Virus record (IMG/VR): IMGVR_UViG_3300048998_000149
Span: 36,510-100,509 of that record
DNA from: a virus
Taxonomy: Duplodnaviria > Caudoviricetes
Reading direction: 5' to 3' (one strand)
DNA: 64,000 nt
Below are positions 37,296 through 47,685 of this stretch, piece after piece (the stretch's first letter is position 1; each line of letters opens with the position of its first letter). The notes beneath the pieces are model-generated. The model searched no databases. It worked only from the letters and a program-made list of their open reading frames with translations, and was not told the origin of the DNA. Made by a program: the position numbers and the translations under genes.

Positions 37296-37577
37296 ATGGC
37301 CACCGTCTACCTAGGCAACCCGGGCCCCATATTCAACGGGCAGCCAACAGACGACCCCGATGCGATCACCAAAGTTGTCATCCCCGACGGCCGATCCCTC
37401 GACAGCGCCATCCGGGACATCATCCACAGCGACGGCCTGTGGCAGATCCACAGCACCCGGCCGCCGGCATGGGTCGAATCCGACACTCCTGAACTCGCCG
37501 AAGCCATCGCCAAACACTTCGGATGTCCGATCGGGCGCCCGGCCAACAAGCAGGATGACGAAGGGCGAGTCAAGTGA
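37296..37577 (+). CDS. Hypothetical protein in tail module
   Basis: AAGGA RBS; PAWVESD.PELA.AIA.HFGC. Confidence 0.55.
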   Translation: MATVYLGNPGPIFNGQPTDDPDAITKVVIPDGRSLDSAIRDIIHSDGLWQIHSTRPPAWVESDTPELAEAIAKHFGCPIGRPANKQDDEGRVK

Positions 37578-38269
37578 AAACAGACATCGGACAGGGCAAG
37601 CAGTCCCTCGCATTGGCGGGCGGCGGTATTCCCGGGTATGTGAACACCTCGGGCGCTGTCACCTACAGTTCCACCACGGTCACGCCCACCACCTCGCCAG
37701 CGTGGACTGTGTCCACTTCCAGCAACCTCGGCACCGCGAACGTGTGGACCGGATACATCGTCGTCGCCGGTGGTGGCGTGTCCGGCGTCATGACCTACGG
37801 GGTCATCGTCTCCAACACCGCCACCGCCCTCACCATCGACAAGTGGTACAACCCCGCCAACCCGACGGGCTCCGCAATCGGGCCGCCCGCCGTCAACACC
37901 TCGTTCATCATCGTCCCCGGCAACGCGTCCGTGTTCTACATGGCGCTGACCAACACCGGCACCTTCCCGGCGCCCGGCCCCGTGCACGGCGACACGTCAC
38001 TCGCCGGGGAGCAGACCACCAACGGCCTGTCACGCCAAGCCGCCACCTTCGCCCACACCTTCTCCGCCAGCAGCACCAACAACACCTACACCCTCACCAG
38101 CACCTGGACCTACACCGGCAGCTCGCCAGTCACTCTCACCGGAATCGGCACCTTCGACTCCGCCACCTCATCCACAGGGGTCATGTTCCACGAAACCGCA
38201 CTGTCGTCCAGCGCCACTGTGTCCGCCAATGGGGATCAGATTACGGTCACCCAGACGGTCACTCTCTGA
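37574..38269 (+). CDS. Minor tail protein
   Basis: Thr/Ser-rich; YMALT, GLSRQAAT, GD.ITVT.T end. Confidence 0.65.
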   Translation: MKTDIGQGKQSLALAGGGIPGYVNTSGAVTYSSTTVTPTTSPAWTVSTSSNLGTANVWTGYIVVAGGGVSGVMTYGVIVSNTATALTIDKWYNPANPTGSAIGPPAVNTSFIIVPGNASVFYMALTNTGTFPAPGPVHGDTSLAGEQTTNGLSRQAATFAHTFSASSTNNTYTLTSTWTYTGSSPVTLTGIGTFDSATSSTGVMFHETALSSSATVSANGDQITVTQTVTL

Positions 38270-38375
38270 AGTTATTTGACTACTCGGCGTTATCGGCTAG
38301 CAGACGGCGGGGGTAGCGCGCTTGCTGCTCAATCAAGCAGTCAAGCGCGCCACCTACTACTAGGAGACGATCCCT

Positions 38376-38885
38376 GTGGCAACTCTCTACTGGGCAGCCA
38401 ACGGCGCCATGCCTACCGCGACGGCGCTGGTCAAGCAGTCCACCACCACCGCCATCCGCACCATGCTCCAGATCGGGACCAGTGCCACTCGGCCGATCAA
38501 GGTCGTGGAATGGGGCATCTCGTTCGACGGCAGTGCAGCAGCGACGCCTATCCAGTGCGAGCTGGTCCAGACAGATGTCGGCGCATCCGGCACTAACTGG
38601 ACGGCCCATGTTGCCGCCGGTGTTCAGCCCTACGACGATCCCAATGCGCCAGCCTCAACTATCACGCTGGCGAACAGCGGCTACAGCGTCGGCGCCACGG
38701 TCACGGAGGGATCCATTACCGCTACCCGATACGGCGATCTTCAGCTGATCGCGCCTACGAACCAGTACGTCAAGCAGTGGCCTCTTGGACGTGAGTTCCA
38801 GCTGCCGGTGTCGAGGTTTCTGCGGGTCAGAGTTACGGCAGGCGCGGCGGTCAATGCGTACTGCTATGTGATCTGGGAAGAGTGA
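38376..38885 (+). CDS. Minor tail/structural protein
   Basis: EWGISFDG, QWPLGREF, FLRVRVT. Confidence 0.65.
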   Translation: MATLYWAANGAMPTATALVKQSTTTAIRTMLQIGTSATRPIKVVEWGISFDGSAAATPIQCELVQTDVGASGTNWTAHVAAGVQPYDDPNAPASTITLANSGYSVGATVTEGSITATRYGDLQLIAPTNQYVKQWPLGREFQLPVSRFLRVRVTAGAAVNAYCYVIWEE

Positions 38886-38926
38886 TCGTCTAGCTGCCAG
38901 TCTGTCGCAAGTGAGGGGGGTGGCTG

Positions 38927-41900
38927 GTGGCGAGGTTTGGGCGGTCGTTCCCAATACGTCCGAAGATGTCGCGGCGATTCACAGGGACGCATGTCGCCCT
39001 GTCGTCGTCGGTTTCTGACGCCGCAGCCGCATCGGACGGCATCCTCCGCACGGTCGTGGAGTCCCGACCAGTCGCCGACACCGCCGCCGCAGTGGGTACT
39101 GCCACCACCAGGGTTGTGGGGTCCCGGTCGGTAGCCGATTCGGCTGTCGCGGTGGGGACGTTGGGGGCGCAGTTCCGGACAGTCGCGGAAGGCCTACTCA
39201 CCCCTGACCTGGGCTTGTACCCATCCACAGGGCTGTTCCCGAATGGCACCGGGTCGGACAGTATCGGCTCTGCGCTGGTCCTCACGCGCGCTGTGGCCGA
39301 CACGGCTTCAGGCTCGGACGTCGTCGTTCGCGGCCCGCGACGTTCCACTCGCGGTTTAACGGCTACGGCTTCGGCGTCGGATAGCGTCGCCCGGCATCTG
39401 GCTGCCAGTCGGTTGGTTGCTGATGCTGCAACCGCAGCGGCGGGTATCCCGTTCATCCCCCGCATCTTCTCGCTGTCCGATTCGGCGGCGGCGTCGGATG
39501 CTGTCGGCTGCACTGTGGCGCTGTCCCCGTCGGCCGACGATGCGGCGACAGCGGATGATTCGGCGAGCCTGGCGCCGCTGGGCTTGATTCGCAGTGTCTC
39601 GGATTCTGCGTCGGCGCAGGAATCACCCACCACGTTGGTTGCGGACTCTGCCGCCGCGTCGGATTCTGTTAGTCGCGGCGCCCTGCTGCTGTTCCAGCTC
39701 GTCAGTGACGTTGCGACTGCGGATGACAACGCGTTCAAGTCGAGTCCGCAGACGTTCCAGCGTTCTGTTTCGGACTCTGCTGTCGCTGTAGCTGCGATCA
39801 CCAAAATTCGGATCCGCAAGGTGGTCGCCGATTCGGCGGCTGCGGTCGCTTCTGTGGCGCAGCACCTGGTGGCGTCTCGTGGCGTCTCCGATTCGGCTGT
39901 CGCCTCGGATGTGGCTTCCCGGGTGACGGTTCGACCTGTCGCCGATTCGGCGTCTGGTTCGGATAGCGTCCAGCGTGCGGCGTTTAGCTTCACTCGCACT
40001 GTGGCCGATAGCGCGTTGGCCACAGAGTTGGTTGCCCGGTCGTTGGTGTTGCCGCGTTCGGCCGCCGACTTTGCGGCGGCGTCTGACGCGGCTGTGCGGG
40101 CGGAAGTTCACTCACGCACCTTCTCGGATAGTGCTGCGGCGGCGGATGCCGTGGTCCGCGCCGCGCAGATCTTTACGCGGACTGTGGCCGACACGGCCGC
40201 TGTCGCGGATGGTGTTGCCCGGACCTTCGTTGTGCCCCGCGCGGTTGCCGATTCGGCGGTGGCCGCGGATGCGGCCGGTCAGGCCCCCCTCGGCTTGGCG
40301 CGCAGCGTTTCGGATACGGCTGTCGGGTCGGATGCGGTTAGCCGTGCGACGGTTCTGCCTCGCAGCGTGTCGGATAGCGCTGCGGCTTCAGATGCCACAA
40401 GCCAGGGGACGCACAGTCTCGCCCGCAGTGTGGCTGATGCTGCTTCGGCTGCGGACGCTGTAGGTCGTGCCGCGCAGGTCATTGCCCGTGTCGTATCGGA
40501 TGCTGCGGTAGCTGGGGATGCTCTCGCCCGGCTCGTTGTTGAGGCCCGGGGTCCAGCCGACTCGGCTTCGGGGTCGGACGCTGTCAGCCGTGCTGGGCAG
40601 ACCCTCACGCGCACCGTGTCGGATTCCGCGGCCGCCACGGATGTGGCCTCTCGCGGCGGTCCGTCTACCCGCGAGGCTGCAGACAGTGCTTCAGCTGCTG
40701 ACTCGGTTTCTATACGCGTAGTTGTGGGGCGTGGCCCGTCGGATTCGGCGACGGCCTCGGACAGTGTCACCAGGTCGTTGACCGCCAGTCGGCCCATGTC
40801 GGACGGCGCGGGCGCCGCGGATACGGCGGCCCGTGCGGGCACGGCTCCGCGCGCCGTCGGTGATGCCGCAGCGGGTTCTGATACGGCTACAAGGGTTCTG
40901 GTTCAGACCCGTGCCCGCACTGATGCTGCGGCGGCCACGGACACTGTCGGACAGGCAGCGGTTGATGCCCGAGGTGTCGCCGACAGCGCCACAGCTAGCG
41001 ATGTCGCTGGCCGGGCGCCGCTGGCTCTCTTCCGCGTCACGTCGACGGGGTATCCCGGCCTGTCGGTGTATCCAAGCCTCAACCTGTATCCGGATAGCGC
41101 TCCGGGCAGCGATGCGGTTGTCGGGCACGTTGTCACAGCCAGGGCTGTGGCCGACTCGGCGATCGCGGCCGATGGCATCGTGCGGGGAGTCCCATCTGCC
41201 CGCACCATCTCCGACAGCGCTTTGGTCGGCGACGCCCTTACCCGGGTCCTCGTTGTTACTCGGGCCGTTGGCGATAACGCTCTGGTCGGCGATGCGACCG
41301 GTAGGCAAGTTGGGTGGCTTAGGGGCCTGGCCGATTCGGCGTCCGCAGCCGATGTGGTGGCCAGAGATGCGACGGTCGGGCGTGCAGCGTCGGACACGGC
41401 GCTGGCCAGCGATTCGGTCAGCCGTAGCGAGATCGCATCGCGTGTGGTGTCGGATGCGGCGGCGGCGGCCGACGTCCTTTCCAGGCCGGTGCTGGAGGTG
41501 GGCGACAGTTCACGGGCCAGTGATGTTGTTGCGCGCACCTGCGTTGCCTCTCGCGCTGTTGGCGATAACGCCGCAGGCAGTGACGCAACTCTGCTCGGCG
41601 CGCTGCGGCCTGTAGTCGACTCGGCGTCGGCAGCCGACGGCATCGTCCGACTTGCGGTGCTTAGGCATGCCGTCGCCGACACGGCGCCAGTCGGTGACAC
41701 CGTCCTCCGCACGTGGTTCACATCGCGTCCGGTTTCGGATTCGGCAGTGGGGATCGACGCCGCTACGGCTTTCGTCGGGGGGCACACTCGCGCGGTCTCC
41801 GACTCTGCCTTCGCGGCCGATGTAGCTGCCCTACAGCTGCGTCAGGTTTCTCGGGCCGTCGACGACACCGCCTTCGCAGTGGATGCGGCGGAGCGGTCGC

Positions 41901-42154
41901 GGATGGTCCTGCGGGTTCTGGCCGACCTGGCGGGCTCCACCGATGCGGTCGCGCGTACAGCCGCCCTCAGTCGCGCGGTTTCCGACAGCGCCACAGTCAC
42001 AGATCAATGGCCGCTTCCGTCGACTGTTGGGGTCGGCATGACGGCCTATCTGGCGCTGGCTGCCGATCTCGGCATCACAGTGCCGGAGGTTTCAGCCGGG
42101 CTTGGCGTCACTACGCCTGCGGCGATGGCGGCTGGTTCGGGCGTCAGCCACTGA
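38927..42154 (+). CDS. Long repetitive tail-fibre-like protein
   Basis: About 21-22 aa unit R.V.D(S/A/T)A.A.D.V.R repeated along almost the whole 1075 aa. Confidence 0.7.
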   Translation: MARFGRSFPIRPKMSRRFTGTHVALSSSVSDAAAASDGILRTVVESRPVADTAAAVGTATTRVVGSRSVADSAVAVGTLGAQFRTVAEGLLTPDLGLYPSTGLFPNGTGSDSIGSALVLTRAVADTASGSDVVVRGPRRSTRGLTATASASDSVARHLAASRLVADAATAAAGIPFIPRIFSLSDSAAASDAVGCTVALSPSADDAATADDSASLAPLGLIRSVSDSASAQESPTTLVADSAAASDSVSRGALLLFQLVSDVATADDNAFKSSPQTFQRSVSDSAVAVAAITKIRIRKVVADSAAAVASVAQHLVASRGVSDSAVASDVASRVTVRPVADSASGSDSVQRAAFSFTRTVADSALATELVARSLVLPRSAADFAAASDAAVRAEVHSRTFSDSAAAADAVVRAAQIFTRTVADTAAVADGVARTFVVPRAVADSAVAADAAGQAPLGLARSVSDTAVGSDAVSRATVLPRSVSDSAAASDATSQGTHSLARSVADAASAADAVGRAAQVIARVVSDAAVAGDALARLVVEARGPADSASGSDAVSRAGQTLTRTVSDSAAATDVASRGGPSTREAADSASAADSVSIRVVVGRGPSDSATASDSVTRSLTASRPMSDGAGAADTAARAGTAPRAVGDAAAGSDTATRVLVQTRARTDAAAATDTVGQAAVDARGVADSATASDVAGRAPLALFRVTSTGYPGLSVYPSLNLYPDSAPGSDAVVGHVVTARAVADSAIAADGIVRGVPSARTISDSALVGDALTRVLVVTRAVGDNALVGDATGRQVGWLRGLADSASAADVVARDATVGRAASDTALASDSVSRSEIASRVVSDAAAAADVLSRPVLEVGDSSRASDVVARTCVASRAVGDNAAGSDATLLGALRPVVDSASAADGIVRLAVLRHAVADTAPVGDTVLRTWFTSRPVSDSAVGIDAATAFVGGHTRAVSDSAFAADVAALQLRQVSRAVDDTAFAVDAAERSRMVLRVLADLAGSTDAVARTAALSRAVSDSATVTDQWPLPSTVGVGMTAYLALAADLGITVPEVSAGLGVTTPAAMAAGSGVSH

Positions 42155-42202
42155 GTTCGTCTCGGTCGCCTGTTTGAACGATGAGGAAGGTGGCTGGGGT
42201 AG

Positions 42203-42898
42203 ATGTCGGTCCGATTCGATGGGACAGCGAACACGCCGTACACGGCAACGACAGGTCTGCCCTCGACGTCGGTCGTCACGGTCACGTTCTGGGCCCGAAT
42301 CGTCGTTGACAGGAACGCCTTTTCCGGTTTGTGCGCGGTGGCCGCAAGCGTGGGTGGTGCGTCAGTGTTTATGACTCAAACAGATTCTGACGGAACCACG
42401 CTGCGGATGTGGGACACGGCCGCTTCGCTGGGCTCACAGGCCATGACGGTCGGCACGTGGTACCAGCTGGCGTATGTGGTGAGCGGTGCCAACGCTTCGT
42501 TTTACAGCGGCCCGGCCAGCACGTTGAACGTGTCGTCGACTGCCAGTTTCGCTCCGACAGGGTCAACTCCGGGGTATCTGAGCATCGGCCGGGACCAGTT
42601 CAGTGGCGACTACCTGAATGGCGGTATCGCGGCGTTCAAGATGTGGAATGCCGGGCTCAATGCCACTGAGGTGGCCGCCGAACTGGCCCAGTTCGCTCCG
42701 GTGCGGAGCGCGAACCTATTGCGGTATCACCCGTTTCATGTGGCGGAAACCACGGACTATTCAGGTAACAGCAACACGTTGACGGCGGGCACAACGGCGG
42801 CGACTACCGAGTCGGACCCGCCGATTCCCGAGGTGGCGGGCGTGACGCCCCGCCTGGTCGTCCGCTCCCAAGCAGTTATGCGTTCCTCTAGCTTCTAA
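42203..42898 (+). CDS. LamG/concanavalin A-like tail protein
   Basis: VTFWARI, GTWYQLAYV, LSIG, LNGGIA..KMWN..L...EV. Confidence 0.75.
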   Translation: MSVRFDGTANTPYTATTGLPSTSVVTVTFWARIVVDRNAFSGLCAVAASVGGASVFMTQTDSDGTTLRMWDTAASLGSQAMTVGTWYQLAYVVSGANASFYSGPASTLNVSSTASFAPTGSTPGYLSIGRDQFSGDYLNGGIAAFKMWNAGLNATEVAAELAQFAPVRSANLLRYHPFHVAETTDYSGNSNTLTAGTTAATTESDPPIPEVAGVTPRLVVRSQAVMRSSSF

Positions 42899-42906
42899 GG
42901 AGAACC

Positions 42907-44991
42907 GTGCCGTACTCGATCCCAAGCTGGCAGAACTCTCCCTCGACTGCCACTCCGTTGAGCGCGGCGAACCTCGGCCAGTTGAACACGGCGATCAACG
43001 ACCTGGACTCACGAATCACCCAGATCACATTCAACGTCCAACATTATGGCGCAACGGGGAACGGCGCCACGGACGACAGAACGGCCGTCTCGGCGGCTCT
43101 TGCTGCTGCCGCCAGCGGCGGGATCGTCTACTTCCCCCCCGGAACGTACAAGCTGCCTGTCTCAACGCCGTATGTCATCAACCCCCAACTTGTCTCTCTC
43201 CAGGGTTCCGGGCCGACCAGCATCCTCGATTTTTCGTCCGCCTCCGCCTCAGAAGTAATCGACATCGCTAGTAACTCCGGCGACCATCAGGTGAGGTACC
43301 CGCTTGCCCATCTTGCGTTGAGTGGGCCCACTGCGAGTAACACTACCGTTAATGGCGTGGTGCAGGGTGGCGGGAGCAACTGGGCGCCGCATTGCGTGTT
43401 TACAAACGTACGGCTGATCGGCTTTGCTCATCAATGGACAATGTCCTCTAATGTCTGGTCCACGAAGTGGTACAATTGCCATTTCGAGAATTCGGCCGCG
43501 TCTAGCTTCCGGACTGATCCAGCAGGCTCTGGCCTGGGGGAGAACAGCAGCTTTTTCGGATGCCTTTTTTCTGGCAATTTGCAAGAGTCCATTATCTTGC
43601 AAACGCCGGGCACGGATCTAGCCTTCTTTGGTTGTCAATTTGACTACTGCGGGCGCGCCATCAATCACAGCTATGGCCATATCATCTGTGTGGGCTGTCA
43701 CTTCGAGGCCGATAACACGAACGTGGCAACCGGCGCGAACGAGTACATCCTGATGAACAGGTCCGGCTCCCAGGATCTTCCTCTCTTGGAGTTGACCGGC
43801 TGTACCTATTTTCCAGCCTGGACGGCACGCCAGGCCACTATCACCCTGACGGGAACGGTAGGTAGCTGTGAATTAGTCGTTAACGGCGGTCAGGTATCGA
43901 CTGGCTCGTCCTATACCGTACTCACCTTCGTACAAGATACGGGTACGAACCCAGCAGACATCACGATCAACAATCTGAAGTATTCCCAGCCCACGACGAA
44001 CGCACCGCTCAACCTGGTGACCGCTTCGGGTGCGTTCGCTATTACTCCGAGCACTACCGGTCAGGCCGTGCCGCTGGCCGAAGGTCTGACGGGTGGCACC
44101 ATTGCGTTAACGCCACTCTGGGGGGTGTATCCGCCGACGGTCACACAGGTCGGCACCGCCGGTTCAACATCGTATTGGTATAAGTGGGTTGCCCAAATCG
44201 TACAAGGCTCCGGCGTCGGCGAAACAGCACCGAGCAGTGCGATCCAAACCTCCACCGGCAACGCGACCCTGAACACCATCAACTACAACAGTGTGGCTGG
44301 CATAGCGACACCAGGAGCGACTTCATACCGCTTACTTAAATCGACCAACGGCACGACATACACTTCGCTGGCGAACGGCCTTGCAACACCATCTTATAAG
44401 GACCAAGGGCAAAGCACGTCAGCGTACACTGCAACAACGTTCGTCAACCCGACGCCCAGCATCACCGCAGGCGGCATTATTCTTCGCGGGGTAGGCGCAA
44501 ACAACAACGTTGCAACGAACTATGGCAGCGAGTGCGCCCTGTTCACGGACAATGACAGCCGCTTGTTTTTAATGGCCAAAAATGGGCCAATATCCATACT
44601 CCCCGGTGGTCAAGGAGTGAGTACGGGCCAGGTTACTGTTAACACATCGCAGACCACCTTCAATGGCGCCGTCGCCCACGCCGTTAACGCGCAAACGCTG
44701 TCTTCCAACGGTGCCGTGACGCTGAACGCCAACCTGGGCGATGTTCAGGCTGTGACATTGCAGGCAAACGCAACGTCGTCCAGCATTACAAACCCATCAA
44801 CGGGGCAGCGTATGACGATCCGCTGGATTCAAGATGCAACCGGCGGCCGTACAGTTAGTTGGCCAACTAACTGTAAATTTGCCGGGGGTAGCGCTCCAAG
44901 CAGCACCACGGCTAGTAAGGCGACCTCTGCGACGTTCGAGTATGACGGCACCAACTGGATTGAGGTGTGCCGTGCGGTTGCCGTTGGCTGA
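42907..44991 (+). CDS. Tail spike / depolymerase with pectate-lyase-3-like beta-helix
   Basis: FNVQHYGATGNGATDDRTAV..A...GGIVYFPPGTY; Asn/Cys ladder; C-terminal QDATGGRTVSWP domain. Confidence 0.8.
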   Translation: MPYSIPSWQNSPSTATPLSAANLGQLNTAINDLDSRITQITFNVQHYGATGNGATDDRTAVSAALAAAASGGIVYFPPGTYKLPVSTPYVINPQLVSLQGSGPTSILDFSSASASEVIDIASNSGDHQVRYPLAHLALSGPTASNTTVNGVVQGGGSNWAPHCVFTNVRLIGFAHQWTMSSNVWSTKWYNCHFENSAASSFRTDPAGSGLGENSSFFGCLFSGNLQESIILQTPGTDLAFFGCQFDYCGRAINHSYGHIICVGCHFEADNTNVATGANEYILMNRSGSQDLPLLELTGCTYFPAWTARQATITLTGTVGSCELVVNGGQVSTGSSYTVLTFVQDTGTNPADITINNLKYSQPTTNAPLNLVTASGAFAITPSTTGQAVPLAEGLTGGTIALTPLWGVYPPTVTQVGTAGSTSYWYKWVAQIVQGSGVGETAPSSAIQTSTGNATLNTINYNSVAGIATPGATSYRLLKSTNGTTYTSLANGLATPSYKDQGQSTSAYTATTFVNPTPSITAGGIILRGVGANNNVATNYGSECALFTDNDSRLFLMAKNGPISILPGGQGVSTGQVTVNTSQTTFNGAVAHAVNAQTLSSNGAVTLNANLGDVQAVTLQANATSSSITNPSTGQRMTIRWIQDATGGRTVSWPTNCKFAGGSAPSSTTASKATSATFEYDGTNWIEVCRAVAVG

Positions 44992-45067
44992 CGCGGAAGT
45001 GGCGTGACGCTACGCCTACGCCACTTCCCTGGGCCACGTCGGAGATCGGACGACGAGGTGGCCTGGC

Positions 45068-45218
45068 GCGGGAATCCCGCGCACCCAACGGCGGGAATCC
45101 TGGCGGGAGTCTGCGGGAATCCCGCGTGACCCGTTGGCAGGAATCCCGCAGGACCCGAGGCGGGAACCCCGCGCCCCTCCACCCCCTGGCCGGGCGGGAA
45201 TCTGCGCGGGGTTCCCGC
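45068..45218. repeat. Intergenic array of 8 GCGGGAWTCCCGC-like near-palindromes
   Basis: Copies at 45068, 45091, 45103, 45113, 45137, 45160, 45194, 45206. Confidence 0.85.
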
Positions 45219-45251
45219 TGGTGAAACTACCGACCGAAGGGCGCGTGCCGC

Positions 45252-45722
45252 ATGCCTCGCTGGTGGCGTCTGAGAGATATCCCCAGGAAACGTTACGGTC
45301 GCCGCCGCATGCTCCTCGGCCTGATCGGCGTCATCTGGCTGGCGTACGGGTGGGGGCTGTTCAACAGCCCCGCGTCGTCGCTGAGGCAGTTCGGGCATCT
45401 CCCCAGCCTCATCGACGAGGTGCTCTCCGACCACCGCTCCGCCCTGCTGTGGGCGCTGTGCGGGTTGACGGGAATCGCCGCCGCCGTGTTGCCGCGGGGG
45501 CGCATGCCCGACGCCTACGGGTTCAACGCGCTGCTCATGCCGCCGCTGATCTGGACTGTGCTGTCCGGCTGCTCCTGGCTGATTTTTGTGATCACCCGGG
45601 GGGAGTTCGGCAGCCCCCGCAGCTGGATGTCGGCGGTGATCTGGTCGGCCGCCGTCACCGTCCTGCTCATCACCTCCGGCTGGCCCGACCCAGACGACGC
45701 CGACCACCCGGGCGAGGAGTGA
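45252..45722 (+). CDS. Four-TM membrane protein of lysis region
   Basis: Hydrophobic helices; position before endolysin. Confidence 0.65.
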   Translation: MPRWWRLRDIPRKRYGRRRMLLGLIGVIWLAYGWGLFNSPASSLRQFGHLPSLIDEVLSDHRSALLWALCGLTGIAAAVLPRGRMPDAYGFNALLMPPLIWTVLSGCSWLIFVITRGEFGSPRSWMSAVIWSAAVTVLLITSGWPDPDDADHPGEE

Positions 45723-46141
45723 CGGCGGTGTCCTCAACGTGGGTAACCATCCTGTCCGCGTCCGGCGGCATCCTCGCCGCAATCGTCACCTACCTGGGCA
45801 TGCGGATCACCCAACGCCAAGCCGCGAAAGCCCAGCAAACCACCGCCGAAATCGAAACAGCCAAGGTTGACGCGCAGGCCTACGCGGAGGCCCGCACGAT
45901 CTGGGATTCCCTCATCAAGGATCTGCGGAACACGGTCGCCGACCAGCGCCGCGAGATCACGAAGCTGCGCGAGGAGACAGCGAGTTTCCGCGCCCGACTG
46001 GAAGACCTCGAGCAGAAGCGCAGCGGCGACCGCTACGCCATTCACGTGCTCACCGTGTACGCCCGGCAGCTCCTCAAGGTGATCACAGCGGCTGATCTGG
46101 TGCCGCCGCCCCCGCCCGAGGGATTGGATCTCGAAGGATGA
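45719..46141 (+). CDS. N-terminal TM plus coiled-coil lysis-region protein
   Basis: GTGA overlap; TM, heptads, PPPPP end. Confidence 0.65.
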   Translation: MTAVSSTWVTILSASGGILAAIVTYLGMRITQRQAAKAQQTTAEIETAKVDAQAYAEARTIWDSLIKDLRNTVADQRREITKLREETASFRARLEDLEQKRSGDRYAIHVLTVYARQLLKVITAADLVPPPPPEGLDLEG

Positions 46142-46341
46142 GCGTCGCCGACGAACTCGTGGTGACGGCCCTGGTCCGCGACCCAGACAAATGTCTACGG
46201 CTCATCCAAAGGCACACGCCCACCGGCAAACGGTGCCGTGAGTGCTGCATCCCCGCCACTCTCCCGCAGCCCTGCCGCCCCTACCGCTTGGCTCGAATCG
46301 CCGCCCATCGGATGGAGTCCGAACGTGTCCGCAGCAGATGA
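46138..46341 (+). CDS. Small hypothetical protein
   Basis: ATGA overlap; H...C.EC...PC. Confidence 0.45.
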   Translation: MSVADELVVTALVRDPDKCLRLIQRHTPTGKRCRECCIPATLPQPCRPYRLARIAAHRMESERVRSR

Positions 46342-47386
46342 CGCCTGGCGCAATGACGACCTAGGATGGTTCCGGCACGTCCCCGGCGTAGACGACGAGC
46401 CGCTCGCCGCAGAGCTCGCACCGCTGGCGAGCCCGAACGCCAGCACCAACGCGCTGGGTATTGATTGCGCGAGCTATCAGGGTGTCCCGAACTTCGTGCA
46501 GGTGGCCGCGTCCGGGCGTTCGTTCTGCTATCTCAAGAGCAGCGACGGGGCAAGTTCCAGCTACCCATCGCTGGACCCGCAGTATCAGGGTGCCACGGCT
46601 GCCGGGATGATCACCGGGCTCTATCACTACGCCCAGCCAGCGTTGACCCCCGAAGCGAATGCCGATGCGTTCTCGGCCCAGGTCAACCGTCTCGGCGCGA
46701 TCGTCGGCCACCTGCCGCCATGTCTTGACCTCGAAACAGGCAGCGGGAACCTGTCCAGTTGGGCGCAGCGGTTTGTGACGCGGCTGCGCGCCAACACTGG
46801 GTGCATTCGGGTGATGGTCTACAGCAACGCGTCGTTCTTCCAGAACCAGATCACTGAGTCCTGGATGGACTCCAACATCGCGCTGTGGATCGCCAGCTGG
46901 GGAACGGCGCCCGGTAAGCCTTCGTACACCAGTCCACGCGTGGCGCTGCACCAATATTCGTCCACAGGCCTGGTGTCGGGAATCGCCGGCAACGTCGATC
47001 TCTCCTATGCGATCTGGCCCCTCTCGACCCTCGTCCCAGGTTCGGAGGCACCTCCCGTGACCACTCCCCCAGCCGCCTCGGCCACCAGCGTTCTAACCGC
47101 TGACGAGCAGGCCAAACTCACCGCCTGCTACCAGCAGTTCTCCGGCTCATCGGTCGTGGGTCAGTGGCCAGGCTGGGCCAGTTGGCCGAGCGGCTCCGGG
47201 CGCTCGCTCACGTTGGTCGACTATTGCCGGCAGAACGACGTTGCGATTGTGGCGCTGAAGGACGAGTTGGATGCGATCAAGGCTCAGCCGTCCGCCATGT
47301 CGGGCGCGCTGTCCGACACGGATGTCACGCGGATCGCCACTGCTGTTGCCGACTTGATGGCTTCCCGGATGCAGAACCGGCCGTGA
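46325..47386 (+). CDS. Endolysin, GH25 muramidase
   Basis: GID.ASYQG, YLK.SDG, G.YHYA, LDLE, LWIA.W, HQYSS.G.V.GI.GNVD. Confidence 0.9.
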   Translation: MSAADDAWRNDDLGWFRHVPGVDDEPLAAELAPLASPNASTNALGIDCASYQGVPNFVQVAASGRSFCYLKSSDGASSSYPSLDPQYQGATAAGMITGLYHYAQPALTPEANADAFSAQVNRLGAIVGHLPPCLDLETGSGNLSSWAQRFVTRLRANTGCIRVMVYSNASFFQNQITESWMDSNIALWIASWGTAPGKPSYTSPRVALHQYSSTGLVSGIAGNVDLSYAIWPLSTLVPGSEAPPVTTPPAASATSVLTADEQAKLTACYQQFSGSSVVGQWPGWASWPSGSGRSLTLVDYCRQNDVAIVALKDELDAIKAQPSAMSGALSDTDVTRIATAVADLMASRMQNRP

Positions 47387-47685
47387 CCCGCCGCTGCCTG
47401 CGGGACCGCTCAGACCTCGTCTGGGCGACGTGGCTGGGTTCTTCTCTGGCGACGTTCGCGGTGATCGAGACCGTCGCGTATCGCACTGGCCGGCCCAAGA
47501 CGTTGAGCCGCTCGCTGTGCCGCTGGCTGGGCATCTACCCAGCAACCCGGTGGCGGCACGCCTCCGTGGTCGCGTTCATCGCGGCGTGGCTTGCCCTAGT
47601 CGTGCACTTGGAAACGCTCGACCGGCCTCTGCCCCTTCGACGCCCTGGCCACTCCCCCCGAAAGGTCACCCGATGGCACTCCTGA
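47383..47685 (+). CDS. Small membrane protein (holin-like)
   Basis: FAVIE..A, TLS, AWL.LVVH. Confidence 0.55.
   Translation: MTRRCLRDRSDLVWATWLGSSLATFAVIETVAYRTGRPKTLSRSLCRWLGIYPATRWRHASVVAFIAAWLALVVHLETLDRPLPLRRPGHSPRKVTRWHS

Noticed and set aside
38927-44991. Diversity-generating retroelement acting on tail fibres
   Set aside because: No reverse transcriptase and no TR/VR pair differing at adenines seen.
45060-45225. Repeat array as a CRISPR or mini-CRISPR
   Set aside because: Repeats are 13 bp, degenerate and nearly abutting with no unique 30-40 bp spacers; no cas genes present.
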